DNA of 64,000 bases, taken from the NCBI GenBank assembly GCA_965153285.1, contig OZ229118.1; one strand, 5' to 3'. Source of the stretch: Podarcis tiliguerta. Its lineage: Eukaryota. Positions within the stretch are counted from its first letter, which is position 1, and the number at the start of each line of letters is the position of its first letter. Below, piece by piece: positions 23,186-36,407 of the stretch. The position numbers and the translations under genes were made by a program. A model generated the notes under the pieces. The model saw only the letters and a list, made by a program, of their open reading frames with translations. It searched no databases and was not told the origin of the DNA.

Positions 23186-23991
23186 TATATGGCACTGACT
23201 CTCTGGCAAGTGTGTTTAGGACTGCAGGTGGGCAAAACAATCCTAGCAAGAGGGTGCAGAAGGTGAAGAGTACATCACTTATGTTGTGACGTGTGGTCTG
23301 TTGCTTGGCTTGCTTTCTTGCAATATATGCACTGTACTAGGTGGTGTCCTGCTTTTTGACTGTGACATAGCTGGATCTGGGTTGTATTGGGTCAGTGATG
23401 GCCTGGCATCATGGGTGCATAGTATTGCTTGGTGGCAGGCGGCTTGCAAACACATGCAACAGGGGAACACATCAGTTTGGTAGTGTTTTCTGTGGTCTCC
23501 TGTGCGCTCTAGATGCACCAGGATCTACCACTTGGTCTGCCAGGTTCCACTGGCACAAACAGCTTGCCTTGGGGGATGGGCAGACCCTGCTTTCTTGGAA
23601 GCATAAGATGGCTAACAGGTGTAGTGTTGCAACAATATTACTAAAAATGTTACAGATCTCTACTCAGTTCTTTTATTTTTACAACAGGAGAAAACACAAT
23701 GGTGGCATTGTGCTGCGCTAAGCACATTTTTTTGTTTACCAACAGAAGACCCGTTTGCTTGAAAAGGATAGTGTTGTGTCCCTGGCACAGCAGCAGCTGT
23801 GAAACATCTAAACATAACTACATGAAAGAGTCTATGTTGTCCAAACTGCAGATTGAATCTGTTGAGGTCCAGAGAATCACTTATTAAGTGATCATGTATG
23901 ACCTTTCATGAAGTCATCATGTCATGTTGACCATCAGCTCAAATTTCAGAGTTCAGTGCTGACGTCCACCCCTCCTTTTGTTTTTGTAATA

Positions 23992-24251
23992 CAGTGGTAC
24001 CTTGGGATGCGAACAGGATCCGTTGTGGAGCCCCGTTCGCATCCTGAATAGAATGTAAGTCGCAACTGCGTGTCTGCACATGAGCGGGTCGCGTTTCGCC
24101 GCTTCCGCGCATGTGCATGACATCATTTTGACCATCTGCGCATGCTCGAGCGGCAAAACCCAGAAGTAATGCACTCCGTTACTTCCAGGTTGCCATGGAG
24201 CACAACCCAAAAATACTTATCCTGAAGTATATTTATCCCAAGGTATGACTG
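23992..24251. mobile_element. pogo/Tigger-type MITE, family C
   Basis: TA TSD, CAGTGGTACCTTGGGAT / ATCCCAAGGTATGACTG ends. Confidence 0.88.
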
Positions 24252-26619
24252 TACTAGAAAGTTGTGTGGTTGTTGTTTTTCTCCCACAGTAGCACAAATG
24301 AACACTGTGGCAAGTGAGTGAGGAAACGCAGGTGAAGACTTGACACACTGGTCTCCTGACTCTTTTTTCCTGTTTCTTATGTGCAAGTAGGGTGTTGCTG
24401 CTGGACTGACCTAAACAGAAATAGATTCAAAACAGTATCACTATATGGATTTTAAATCAAAGGATTGTGCCATATAGTACATTTTTTCATATATGAAATC
24501 AACACTGCACACCCATGTGTGGTGCATGATATATCTTGCTTGAGCTCTTAAATGTTATAGCTATTATTAACTATAGTGTAGCCATGTTATCTTTATATAT
24601 TTGAGTGCAAAGCTGAAGAAGTTGCAGATTGAGCTTGGGAGACCTGATTATCTTTTGTTTTCTAAACGTGAGCTGTTTAGTTTCTAAATCCTGTCTGTAT
24701 GTATTGGTGTGTGACTATTGTTTGTACTTTACATTTAATATGGAGAAGAGAAAGTGGAAATATTACAATTCTTTTACTAGAAGGGGCATGGATCTAGTGT
24801 GAATTCCAGAAGTATGAACTCAAGTGATAGCATTTAACTTATGGTGATTCCACAAAACTATACCAATCACATAAGGTGGTATTTTAAGATTTCAGAGGTT
24901 TATATACTACTTTGTGTGACATATACATAAGGCCCCTGGATAGAAATTCAACTTTTGCAGCTAAGACATCAAGGGGAACATCTGATTGTAAGAAGTGGAC
25001 AGAACTGTCCGCTTTGTTTTGCTGGTGTGGAGACTGTCAAGGGAGCATGACAAGGTGCTATGTTTTGGAAGGTAAGATTTATTTTTGTTCATAGAAAGGC
25101 TGAAGTTTAAAGGCCTTCGTTGCCTTATTTTATCTCTGTTTCTATTTATTAATCTCTACGTGGTGTTAAAAAGAACTTTTATAGGAGTATGAAGCTTGGA
25201 ACACCTGCCAAAGAGTTCTAATATAGCCCACACATGAGCAGCTTTTTACTGTATGTTAGTGCCACACTTTATAAAGCAGCATTTGATTTTTACATTACAC
25301 ACTGTAATGAAAAGTTTACCAAACCTTATTTTTAACTACCTCATAACCCCGGCTGTTTCTAGACATGTTGCAGTAAGATAGCTAATTCTTACGCCCTGAA
25401 AAAAAGCAAATTCCGTACATATTTTTGTAATTCATGAATTGTGGTGCTGACATTTACCCTTCACAATGAAAGGTGTGTGGGGAGGGGATATGAATAATCA
25501 AGAACATACACATGCACTAAATATATATGCTGGGGGTGGGTAGTTGCTTGGAAATGCAGGGAACACATCAAGTGCTTATCTCAAGTGCTTATCTGGTCAA
25601 GAAGGGTCCCTAAACCCAGCTTATAACAATGGCAAAGCAAAGAAACAATATGACAGCCTTAATCAGAACATTGAATTTAGAGCACATGGGAGAAGTAATG
25701 TACTCCTCTCTCTATTCTGTACATGCAAAGCAGCAGTATATCCACCCCTCTTCACATGGGAAAATGCTGTCTATTTCCAAAGAATCAATGGCTATTAGGA
25801 GTTCCCGCACCCATCTTCTCTCTCCTGCCTAACCAGCCTCCCTCAAAAAGGATGGGGGGGGAGAGAACAGACAGCTCCTCTTTCTTCAGCTTTTAACAGC
25901 TTTGGGAGGTCAGGATGCTATTGGTTCAGCTTTGTGTGCGATATGGAGCTGTTCACTTAGCAACAGCAAGCAGAAGAAGCAGACAGCCACACCACCTGGT
26001 TCAGTGAGCGTCTGAGTGGTTTAAAAGATTTGCTCTTCTACCGCACAGAAACAACTCGGCTCCGAGAAGCATTCAGCATCTCCTGGGGCATCAGGGAGGG
26101 ATGTGGTGTCCAGCACCTTGAGTTAGAGAGAGAAAGGAGCCTTGACACAGCACAATTCACTGTTAATAACAGGAGGCCTTAAAGCTGACGGAAAGAAACT
26201 TGGTAGAGCACATTTTAACATAGGATGCAAAAGCACAATCTCTTGGCCCAAAAAGAGAAAATCAAGAGGAACAGATGTATTAAGAGAAAAAGATGTGGAC
26301 AAAATTATTACTAACGGTTTTCATAAACCACTAGCAGTTTGTTTCAATGTTCCTTGTCCAAAGCAGCTTTTCTCCAGGAAACTACATGGAAAGTTCATCA
26401 GACTTCAAATTCTACATTCCAAGCCATCTCTCTTATCACATTATATATTAGTCCCTTATTTTCTGGATTGTTTTGTTTTATCAGAGAAAGGCGAACTCTG
26501 AAATGCACTAGGAAAAATAACCCGATCACAAAGAGATTCCCTCATCTAAATCTAACTTTCAAAATGACACCACCATCCTCATCTACACATCAGTTCTCAT
26601 AAACGAATAATCTCTTTAC

Positions 26620-26718
26620 CTAACAGTTAACCCCACACAGTCCAATACATGGGGTGACTTAGAATCTGTTTGCACCTGCTGTTCTTCAACATGCTTCAGC
26701 TCATCATGATCCTCTCCC
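26620..26718 (-). CDS. Candidate 99-nt symmetric (phase 2/2) coding exon of an unidentified gene
   Basis: Acceptor CCTTTTTTCACAG|G and donor TAG|GTAAAG. Only one open frame: GEDHDELKHVEEQQVQTDSKSPHVLDCVGLTV. Peptide not recognised. Confidence 0.3.
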
Positions 26719-27104
26719 CTGTGAAAAAAGGCACTAACTTTTCCACAATATTCCTTCAGATGTCTATTCAGGTGTAGCAGAAATGTACACCCTCATCCTT
26801 TATGGTAAATCTATTTTTTTTAAAGAAAAAAGTGACAGGAGGCGGCACTTTAGGAAAAGAGATTATATATGGACAGCAAAACAAAACAAGAAAGAAGTTG
26901 AACAAGGACACAGTGGTAGTCTGGTCCAGAGCTACCCACAGCCAGATCTACACTAGTCTTTGTCAGCGACTGCCAGAAGCCACCATATCATGAGCAGTCC
27001 CAGTGACTGGCTCCCTAAGGGATGCCTTTTATAAACCATGTTAACATGGATACTTGAAGGGTCCCTTCTAGTATCCAGCTCCTAACCTGCCAAGGGCTTT
27101 AAAT

Positions 27105-27431
27105 TAGGGACAGTGACACTCCAGATGTTGTTAGAGGAAGGGTAGTAGCTCATCAGCAGAGAACCTGCTTTTTATGCAGAAGGGTCCCGGTTCAAACCCC
27201 AGCATCTCCAGGTATGGCTGAAAGAGGGCCCCGCCTGAAATTATTGAGAGTCGCTGCAAGTCAACGTAGATAACATTGTGCTAGATGGACCAACGGTCTG
27301 ACTCAGTATAAGGAAGCTTTCTGTCACCCTATGCTAGATTCCCATCAGCCTCAACCAGCATGGTCAATGGGCAGGGATGATGGGACTTGTGATCCAGGAA
27401 CATCTGAAGGACCACAAGTTCCCCATCCTTG
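27105..27431. mobile_element. Palindromic hAT-type MITE split by a SINE
   Basis: CTCCAGATGTTGTTAGA on the left, resuming TTCCCATCAGCC...GATGGGACTTGT...GTTCCCCATCCTTG after the SINE. Confidence 0.65.
27135..27333 (+). mobile_element. Squam3-like SINE
   Basis: tRNA-like head with GGTTCAAACCCC B box, body ...CTAGATGGACCAACGGTCTGACTCAGTATAAGG. Possible TSD TGTTAGA/TGCTAGA. Confidence 0.85.
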
Positions 27432-27483
27432 CCTTAAAGGCTAAACAAACCAGTAGCCCAGACTATTTCTGGTTCAGCTTATA

Positions 27484-27709
27484 CAGTGGTACTTCAGGTT
27501 ACATACACTTCAGGCTACAGACTCCGCTAACCCAGAAATAGTGCTTCAGGTTAAGAACTTTGCTTCAGGATGAGAAAAGAAATTGTGCTCCGGCAGTGCG
27601 GTGGCAGCAGGAGGCCCCATTAGCTGAAGTGGTGCTTCAGGTTAAGAACAGTTTCAGGTTAAGAACAGACCTTCAGAACGAATTAAGTACTTAACCCGAG
27701 GTACCACTG
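27484..27709. mobile_element. pogo/Tigger-type MITE, family B
   Basis: TA TSD, CAGTGGTACTTCAGGTTA / TAACCCGAGGTACCACTG ends, repeated TTCAGGTTAAG. Confidence 0.92.
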
Positions 27710-28474
27710 TACTATACATGTAAGCAATTGCTCATGTAAGCAATAAGTCCTCTTTATTAATTCTGATTTGACCACAATTAAATATATTGATGATATCATG
27801 CTACAGATGTTTCTACCATTTTCAGTATGTTTGCTAAACCAAGAAGACTCTGCTTGGCTATTAGTAACCTGGAAGTCCTCCTCCACCCACTCCAAGTAAG
27901 AATCCACCAACGGTGTGTTATTTTATCCTTTTAACCCTCCTTGAGAAAGTATTTTGTTAGATTTTCCTCACATTCAAAAATACAATAGACATACTATGAA
28001 GGAGAGGAAACAGTACTTCCTCAGATAAATCATATGCAATTATATATTCAGTAGGAAAAGTAAACCCTGTAATTTTCTAAAGACAGAGAGATGTGGTGCT
28101 TGCTGAAACTCTTTTATTGAGGCTCAGCAATGCCTTCCACAACAGGCACAGTGTTTGAATTATAAGAAAGCTGTAAAGACTTCCTCCAAGGGTTAACCCA
28201 CTTAGGAGGCCACACTTACATGGAGCCAAAGCCATGTGGTCTGTAGTATGTGGGAGCTCAAGAAGTAAGTGTGTGGTTTGTGGTAGCTCAGAAAATGTGG
28301 ACACAAGTATGCAATAACCACTTGGCCTGAACAAGAGGTCTCCACCTGCACCCATTCTTGCTTTCCAGAGAGGACCTTGCCCCACCTCTCACTAGACAGG
28401 ATCCAAGGCGTGTGAGACAACAGCATCTTATAGCAAATACCATAAAGGACAATGTGTGTGATGCATGTATGACA

Positions 28475-28643
28475 AGCATCTGCCTGGTCCCTGGCTCAAT
28501 CCCTGGCATCTCCAGGTAAGGCTGGAGATGTAGAAATACTTCTGCCAAAACCTTGGAGAACCACTGCCAGTCAGTGTAAACAACGCTGAGCTAGATGGGC
28601 CAATGGTCTGATTTGGAATGAAGCAGCTCTCTATGTTCCTATG
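28475..28643 (+). mobile_element. Squam3-like SINE, 5' damaged
   Basis: TCAATCCCTGGCATCTCCAGGTA...GAGCTAGATGGGCCAATGGTCTGA...CTATGTTCCTATG. Confidence 0.85.
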
Positions 28644-30599
28644 AACACTGTGGCCAGCTGGCTAGTTTTAGCATCATCTAGACTAGTTGGAGTCTTGCCT
28701 TCATTTAGAAGCCTGCAGTCATTGCTACCCAATGGGGAAACGTTAAATTTGGATAAGCAGTTCCAGCCCATCTCTCTGCAAAAGAAGAGCTGGCAAGTAA
28801 AGATAAAGTAATGACTCAGGAAAACTGAGAGTTCTCTTCTTCTTTTATCTTTAAGTCAAGGGAAGACAACATTGTATTCTGTTCACCAAGGTCTTTTCCC
28901 AGAAAGAAAAGCTTCTTTTAAAAAGCCAGCCTGCAAATGAGCTGCCTTGTGGAAGCAGCCTGGCCAGGCATCCATGACGCTTCTGGCCAAGCTGCAAAAT
29001 GCTTCCAGTGCTCTGGCAAGCAAGAAACCTGGCAGCACACAGACTGCTGCTCTGCAAAACCCCCATTCCCACATTTTTCAAGTAGGTAAGAAATAGCAGG
29101 AATTCTTTTGAAGCAGCAAAAGACCCCCACTGTTTCTTCTCTGTATCTTGCACAAATGAGGTATGACCCTGAGTCTCTCCCAAGCCTCCTGTGCATAACA
29201 GAGGACGCAAGTGAGCAAGCTGGTGATGACCACAGATGATGGCTGACTAGGAACATACAGTAAGCCAGCATTCGTGGATCCTGCAGCATGGTGATGTTGT
29301 GGATGATCACAGGCTGCATGCCTTGCACCCGCTATGCCTGCATAAGTCTTGGATATATGAGGGTGCCAAAATAGCATTTTTTTAAAAAAGGAAAAGGTGA
29401 ATTCCTGTAACCAAATAATGCCTTTTGCCCTTCGACGTGACACCTAGCTCACAGGTTTTAAAAAACAAAGCGTCGCAAAGTGTTGAATTGGAAATTATCC
29501 TGGGACATTTTCTTGCATTATCTGAAACACTGTACACTACATTCATGAGAAACAAAAATGTAACCTTTTTATTGGTGGCACAATTTGGCAGGCACAGACG
29601 CAGTTGTTTCCCAAGTGGGACGAGATTGCGTTAAGCTATCAAGAAGAAAAGTAGAAGGTAACGTTGCCAGCTTTAAAAGAGAGAGAAGACATATATATTT
29701 CACCTTGGTTCTCTCCCACCCCTGAAGCTATGTATCTTTGGTTTTTTACTTCAACAACAACCGGGCAACACATCTAGCAGCAGGATGTTGTACTAAAAAC
29801 AAGATAAGTCTCTGCTTTTTTCCCTGCCGTTCTTTACAGATGACAGCTCAGTACATGCCCCTGCAATGTTAGTAATATGACACTCCCATCTGCATGAGCT
29901 CAACAAGCCAACCAGCCCCAGGCTACATCTTTTTCTGCAGCAGCACAATTTCACACCCTTGCTCAGAAGCTCCAAAGAAAAGGAGTTAAGTGGATCCTCC
30001 CATCATAAATAATCAGAGTTCTAAGCAACTGCTGCTCCTTCTCAGTACATACAGCTAGGATTTAAAAAAACAAAAAATCATGGTAAAAAAGCAGCCACGT
30101 GTTTTTTCCTTACCTTTAAAATGGGGTTCTTTTTGGCACCAATCCACAAAGCAATCATCTGCTATCAGGCATATATTTGTAAACAAAGCACCATAATGCA
30201 ACTTTGTCATTTTACAATTTGTCAGAAATAAAATAGCTTGCTATGCACTCCTATTTGGAAAAAGAAACAACTGATGAGTAACTATTTGGGAAAACTGAAA
30301 CAGTGTTTTTGCTTAGTACTAAAAGAGCTGCAAAGTAAAAAGTTACAAGGTTGATTCAGAACCTTCCTATTGAAAAGTGCCCCACCCATTAATCCACCAG
30401 CAGATCTTTGAAAATATATTATTTTAAATACAAATACTGCAAATGGCAAGCTGGATTTTAAAGGGGCAGTTCCAGCCTTTGAGTGAGAGAAGAGGAACTG
30501 GATATCATTGCTAACAACACTGGACTGAAGGTAGTGCAAAAGTATCACTTAGAAGAACATGTATTCTTAGCATATGGTGCGGGGGGGGGAGCATGGGGA

Positions 30600-30688
30600 T
30601 GTAATTATATGGACACTTACCTGGAAGCAAGCCCCCACTGAACACAGTGGGATTTACTTCAGAGTAAGCATGCATAGGCATGTGTTGT
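30600..30688. repeat. Short (~85 bp) palindromic interspersed repeat
   Basis: Core CCCACTGAACACAGTGGG. Related copies at about 5262-5346, 33819-33966, 56375-56480 and 57176-57263. Confidence 0.7.
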
Positions 30689-33600
30689 AAGAATCACTAT
30701 TGCAATCTATTAAAAGCTGCTAGAAAGCATTTGGTGTAATAGCTGTTTCATGTCACACCAGTGGTAACAGAACAGAAGCTGAGAAAGCGTGACTGCTAGT
30801 GTCAAGCGGGCGGGAAACACAGAGAACCCAAATGCTTCAGTTTCTTTTTTAAAGCTTCAACAGCATGATCGTGCTTATCACCTTGGCAATAGAATCCCAC
30901 AAGGTAGAAGAAGAATGGCAAAAGGCTCCAGGAGTGGCAGAGTGAATCCAGTCCTGCAGATAGGCCCATTAAGACACACCAGTTGGAAGTTATCAAATCA
31001 GATCAACACAATTGTGGAATGCCATTCAAGGCTTTATAAATCAGCATGAAGAGATTACAGCTGATGCCCTCCTAAACAAATAATATTGAGGCTTCACCTG
31101 TTCCACATAGATTCTTACAGCTTTATGTTTTCTTGAGTTAGCTCATGCACAACAAACGGAAAGGAATTAATAATAATAAAAAGCCAGCATAGCACCCAAG
31201 AACAATGACTCAAGATCTGTTGCGTATTGTTTGGAGAACTGTTTAATGGAAAAGCTGAAGGCCAACGAAGTAGCTGCCTCTTAAGTGTCCAGGCTTTTGC
31301 TCTCCCTTAGTGGACTTTGCAGGTTACAGACCGCTACGTGGCCTTCCTTTCTCACAGTTACATTGAACTGTTTGGCTCTGGACCTAGGACAGGAACAAGC
31401 ACTGCCAGCTGGGCCATCTGTCTCGTATTGCTTAGCTGCACCTTCAGGACTCAAACAATATTTCCAGGCAGCTCATGATGACAAAGGCTAGGAACTCCTG
31501 TGAGTGAGTTCTGATAGCATCTGCCATAATGCTCTCCTTCTCTATAAACAAAGTTCTGTTAGCACGTAACTTTATAGCAGCACATGTATCTGTGTGTGAA
31601 CTCTAGTGCACAAACAAAACAATCACAATGGTGTGTTGGCTACAACTGGAGGTTTTAATGTGGAAGGAACAGAGGTAAGGTACTTTTACAAACCACTATT
31701 CCCAACCTAAATTACTTTACAGAGGTGTTGTAAGGCTGTCCTAGACACTGTGCTGAGCTTTATGGAACACAAAGAAAATAAGTAACTGGAAGATAAATGC
31801 ATACTCACATACTATATATCTGCATGCCTCCATGTCTTTTAATTAAGATAAGGGTAAGGCAAAACAGCCCTTCCAATGATTTCACAGCCCTCTTTGTTGA
31901 GCACAAAAAGGAAATTCCACTTTTGGTTACTTGAAGGTTTTGCAAACAGTGGCTAATGCGTCTAGAAATGGGGTGGTAGAGGGAGAAGTACAGAACTATG
32001 GAACTACCTACATCAACTGAGCAGCTGCAATAGCAGATGCAGTTCATTTTGTCCCTCAGTATGCATTCAAGCACGGAATGCGCACACCATTGGCCACTCT
32101 ACAGCTGGAGGGAGGCAGGGGCCATCTTGTCACCACCCCCCCAGAGTGGCACCTGGGACGCCCCCCACCTCCGCCCCCCACTTTGTACGCCCCTGCCTAG
32201 GAGTTGCAGTTCATGGCCAAAGTCCAATATGTTCTAGAGTGCAGTGACTGACCACTTAAAACTCTAAGCCCCCCCCCCCGAGCATTATGGAACAGGCAGA
32301 TGCACAAGCTACAGACCTCAAATAAGCTGCCACTGTTAATGTTCCAGGCAAAAGCAGCCATTAAATAGCCTCCAATCTCAGGATGATTCAAATTATTTTC
32401 CTGCAGCCATATCTGATAGTCTATTTTTGCCTTATGCCATTTATCTAATGATAATGTGGAGAAAAGCAATTCTTATGTTAATGCATGATTCGGGGAGTCT
32501 GAATCCTCTTAACAAGATGCAGCAACCAAGCCAGACATGTCCCAAGGAATGTCTTTGCTTGGTCCTTTACACTTCACTTGAAATCAGGATACGGCACTGA
32601 GACTTGGCAAGATGTAGAAAGAATAAGCTTCCAGTGTGATTGCTGCATGGAAGAGCCCAGAAGCATTGTAGCTTGACGTTATTTATCCAACCTGACTTGC
32701 TATGAAAATGCAGCTGAATCAAGCAGTTGACATAAAGGACACTGTTATTTATAATAACCTGTGTAGAAGAAAGTTAGTAAGAAAATCATGCAAGACTTAA
32801 GGGGAGAATATAATGTCGTGTGAGCAAAAGCAGGGCCACCGAATGATAAAGCTTTAAAGGGTGACGTATGAAACCTGCCCCATGTAACAGATCCCTTCAG
32901 CAGCATGTAAGTGAATCATTAGAGATACCCATCTGAATGCACTAATCACTGAGGGTCAAGAAACAAAGACAGCTTAACCACAAATCTGAGATGAAGGAAA
33001 AGAAGTGAGAACCAGGAAGAAAATTTGAACCAAGAGCAAGAGGGCAATAAATGACCAAAATTAAAAGAAGATTGATGGCGTCACAAGAAACCGTAATGTG
33101 TTCTCGAGAATTATGGCGAACTATGTGCCAAATGGAACAATTTAAGGAACAGAGAGACATAACTGAAGTGCTACTGTCGTGCCTCGAAAGTCAAAATTTA
33201 TGGGCAGCCCAAACATCAGGGAAAGATGCTCTGGCTATTATAAATCACTGCCTCTGGGCCAGCAAAGAATTGTGGATTTCAGTGAACTAAGACATGCTTA
33301 GGGTTACACCCTGAGCAAGAGCGAGCCAGTGCGATTCCACTGATGAAGCTTTACTGACTTTTTATGGTATCTTTATACTTGAGCTTTAGTATTGACACAC
33401 AAAATACGTTTTGCATCACTTAGTAAAGACACATGCTTCTGTGATCTCAAAGAAAATGGGAGCCACAAGCACTCCACAGAAGGACTTAATAAACTTGTTG
33501 TATTCAAGGCAGGTTGAACAGAACAAACATAATCCAAAATAATGAATGAGTCCTAGTAAAATGTATTTTTTGTAGGATAGGCCACTGATACCTCTATGCA

Positions 33601-33818
33601 CATAAAGAAGGTGTTGACATCTCAATACGTATGTAACAAAAGTCTGTAAACCAGGCTCAACCAGGTCTTGATGCAAGTTTCTATTAGCAACTTGGTCACT
33701 GAAAAAAATATTCACACCTGTTTGAGAACTTTGTGCTTTCTAACCCAAAAAGGCTGAACACTTGAGAGCTGAATATTTCACATATTTTGCAGAGGCAAAC
33801 CCAGTTTAGACACTAACA

Positions 33819-33966
33819 GCACAATCCTGCGCATGCCTACTCAGTAGTAAATCCCACTGGGTAATGAAGCCTACTCTCAGGTAAATAGTATTGAAAGGCT
33901 TACCTGGCAGAAAGTCCCATTGAACAAAGTGTGGCTTACTCCTAAGTAGACATGCCCAGGATTGTC
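33819..33966. repeat. Inverted dimer of the ~85-bp repeat
   Basis: 33821-33850 and 33936-33965 are reverse complements at 26/30 positions. Confidence 0.7.
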
Positions 33967-34617
33967 TACTATAATCAGGAAGATACAGACCATCAGGGCT
34001 CGCTGATCATACCCATATGATAAACTTTTTCACAAAATCATGTTTGATGTATTAATATTTTACATTTTTAAGTACACACTGTGATTAAAGCATCCCAGGT
34101 GGACATCTAAAAATGTAGTTCAAAGAGAATGGGGCAGAGTGCAGACACTATCTGTAGAGCAGGAGAGATGATGTCATCTGTACTTGTTGCTTGCAGGGTG
34201 AGGGGCTTTTAAGTTTATTGTGATTACCTGCTCAAATTCAAAAAGTGTGGAGACAGAGGAAGAAAAAGTCAAGCCGGAAACTCAGCATAGGACAATGCAT
34301 GTCTGGTTATCTTATCTATACAAATCGGAGAGAACAAGCAGAGATTCCAGCTTAACAACAAGGCTTGGGGAAAATGAGAGTAGAGCTCTTTCAGTCTGGA
34401 GCCATTTTTGCAGATACAATTATAACATTTAACAGCACGTACAAAACGAGACATAGAAATAAAATAATCTCTAGAGGGAAACAAGAAAGTGAGGAAAACA
34501 AACAAATAAACAAATCCCACATTTGCTTTTCCAGACCCTACCAGCAGAGTTTTCAGAAACTCAGCTTGGGAAAAACTGCATCTGAGAAGTATGACACTTC
34601 CACAAAGCAGTTTACTC

Positions 34618-34687
34618 TGGACTCTCTGCAAAACTTCCATGAATGAATAGTACTGTTCATGCATGGAAGTTTTGCAGAGAGAGTCCA
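34618..34687. repeat. Near-perfect 70-bp palindrome
   Basis: 33/35-nt arms around AGTACT, with 2 mismatches and one 2-nt indel. Confidence 0.9.
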
Positions 34688-34807
34688 CCTGCTGTCCTTT
34701 TCACAATGCCATCCCCTATTACTCTCTCATTTAATATGGAGTTACTGTTTTCACAGAAAGTCTGTTAAATAGAAAATAAGCCCAGGCACCCACCCATACA
34801 ACCCACA

Positions 34808-34988
34808 GAGTCTGCGTACAAGCATAACCTTAAAGCACATTCGAATCACATCCCCCTACCCAAGAATTCTGGGCACTGTAGTTTTCTAAGGGTTGCTAGG
34901 AATTGTAACTCTGAGGGGAAAACTACAATGCCCAGAATTCCTTGAGGGTAAGAATGTGCTTCAAATAGGTGCAGTGTGTACACAGCTC
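34808..34988. mobile_element. Palindromic Harbinger-type MITE
   Basis: GAATTCTGGGCACTGTAGTTTT / AAAACTACAATGCCCAGAATTC arms, CTGCGTACA / TGTACACAG ends. Confidence 0.65.
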
Positions 34989-35454
34989 CACCCCACACAC
35001 TCATGCACAGACAGATGCATACACACAATTACACACACCAGAGAAAGAAAAGAATATGACATCACTGTAACTACTACCTTTGCAGTTCAGATTTGACTAT
35101 CTTTACATGAAAGGTAGGTCCCAAATAAACACATTTAGGCCACCAGCTTTGCGGGGGGTGGGGCGGTTGGAAGGGAAGAATGTATTTATGGGGATGATGA
35201 CTGTGGGGGCATCAGGCCCCTGCAGAGCTTGTTGGAGGCAGCTGGTCCCTGGTGGGGCCCCACAACCAGCTTAACCCTTCAAGGCCTGCGGCAAGTGTAC
35301 CTGTCTGACCTCTCCACTCTGCACAAGCTGGGGGGTGGCTAGCTGTTTTAAGTGGGGTTTTTTAGAAGTAATAAAATAAAATGTTGGTACTCATATATTG
35401 ATGAAAGTGCCATGAGTGAATTTACACAATGACTGCCATTGGCAGGAAAGAAAG

Positions 35455-35495
35455 AGGAAGGAAGGAAGGAAGGAAGGAAGGAAGGAAGGAAGGAA
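35455..35495. repeat. (GGAA)n microsatellite
   Basis: About 10 units, read directly. Confidence 0.95.
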
Positions 35496-36041
35496 AGGAG
35501 TCCCTTCTGGTGAGTCCTGCTCGCCATCATGAGATACTCCCACACTTCAAAATTTACCCCGGCGCCAATGAAAGAAGTAATGTGAGCATTGCCCCCCCCC
35601 CCCAACGTCCTGTAGGAATCTAGTTCAACCGTGTCAGGCTATCACTTCAAAATAGTTTTCAGTATCATGTTTATCTTTTGAATTATGTAAGCATTCATTC
35701 TGCACTGTGCTTGTTTCTGGGCAATACCTCTCTCGACCTGCTCTGACTGTAATACTTCTATAGAGTATATAGGGTTTGGTACTGAATATTATTGATACTG
35801 GATGATATAGTTTGATTGTACTGTTTAATTAAAAAACTGATTCCCTTTCTAGAATGTGATTTCCCCCCCACCTCTTGTTCACAAAGGTAAGCTTTCAATA
35901 ACTCACCTTTGAACTGAAGAATGAGGGCAGGCCACTTAGGAGTCGCTAGCACAATTAAAAGCAAAGATTGCTGATGGAAATGCATTGTGTTCTAAGTAAG
36001 ATGCTGTTCAGCACAAGGCTCAAGGTCTTCCATTTACAGTA

Positions 36042-36407
36042 AGGTAAAGGTAAAGGTACCCCTGCCCGTACGGGCCAGTCATGTCCGACTCTAGGGTTGT
36101 GCGGCCATCTCACTTAAGAGGCCGGGGCTAGCGCTGTCCGGAGACACTTCCGGGTCACGTGGCCAGCATGACGAAGCTGCTCTGGCGAGCCAGCACCAGC
36201 GCAGCACACGGAAACGCCGTTTACCTTCCCGCTATAAAGTGGTACCTATTTATCTACTTGCACTTAGGGGTGCTTTCGAACTGCTAGGTGGGCAGGAGCT
36301 GGGACCGAAAGACGGGAGCTCACCCCGCCGCGGGGATTCGAACCACCGACCATGTGATCGGCAAGTCCTAGGCACTGAGGTTTTACCCACAGCGCCACCC
36401 GCGTCCC
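36042..36407 (-). mobile_element. Sauria SINE, full length, subfamily 1
   Basis: GGGACGCGGGTGGCGCTGTGG head, GGTTCGAATCC B box, (ACCTTT)n tail. 13-bp TSD TCCATTTACAGTA at 36029-36041 and 36410-36422. Confidence 0.96.

Noticed and set aside
24961-25071. 111-nt symmetric plus-strand exon candidate (TTTTGCAG| ... AAG|GTAAGA)
   Set aside because: Unrecognised Cys/Trp-rich peptide with no partner exons. Not excluded, but not supportable without RNA data.
30114-30210. Minus-strand ATG-to-donor segment (AAG|GTAAGG)
   Set aside because: Unrecognised peptide; strong donor 9-mers are expected by chance in 64 kb.
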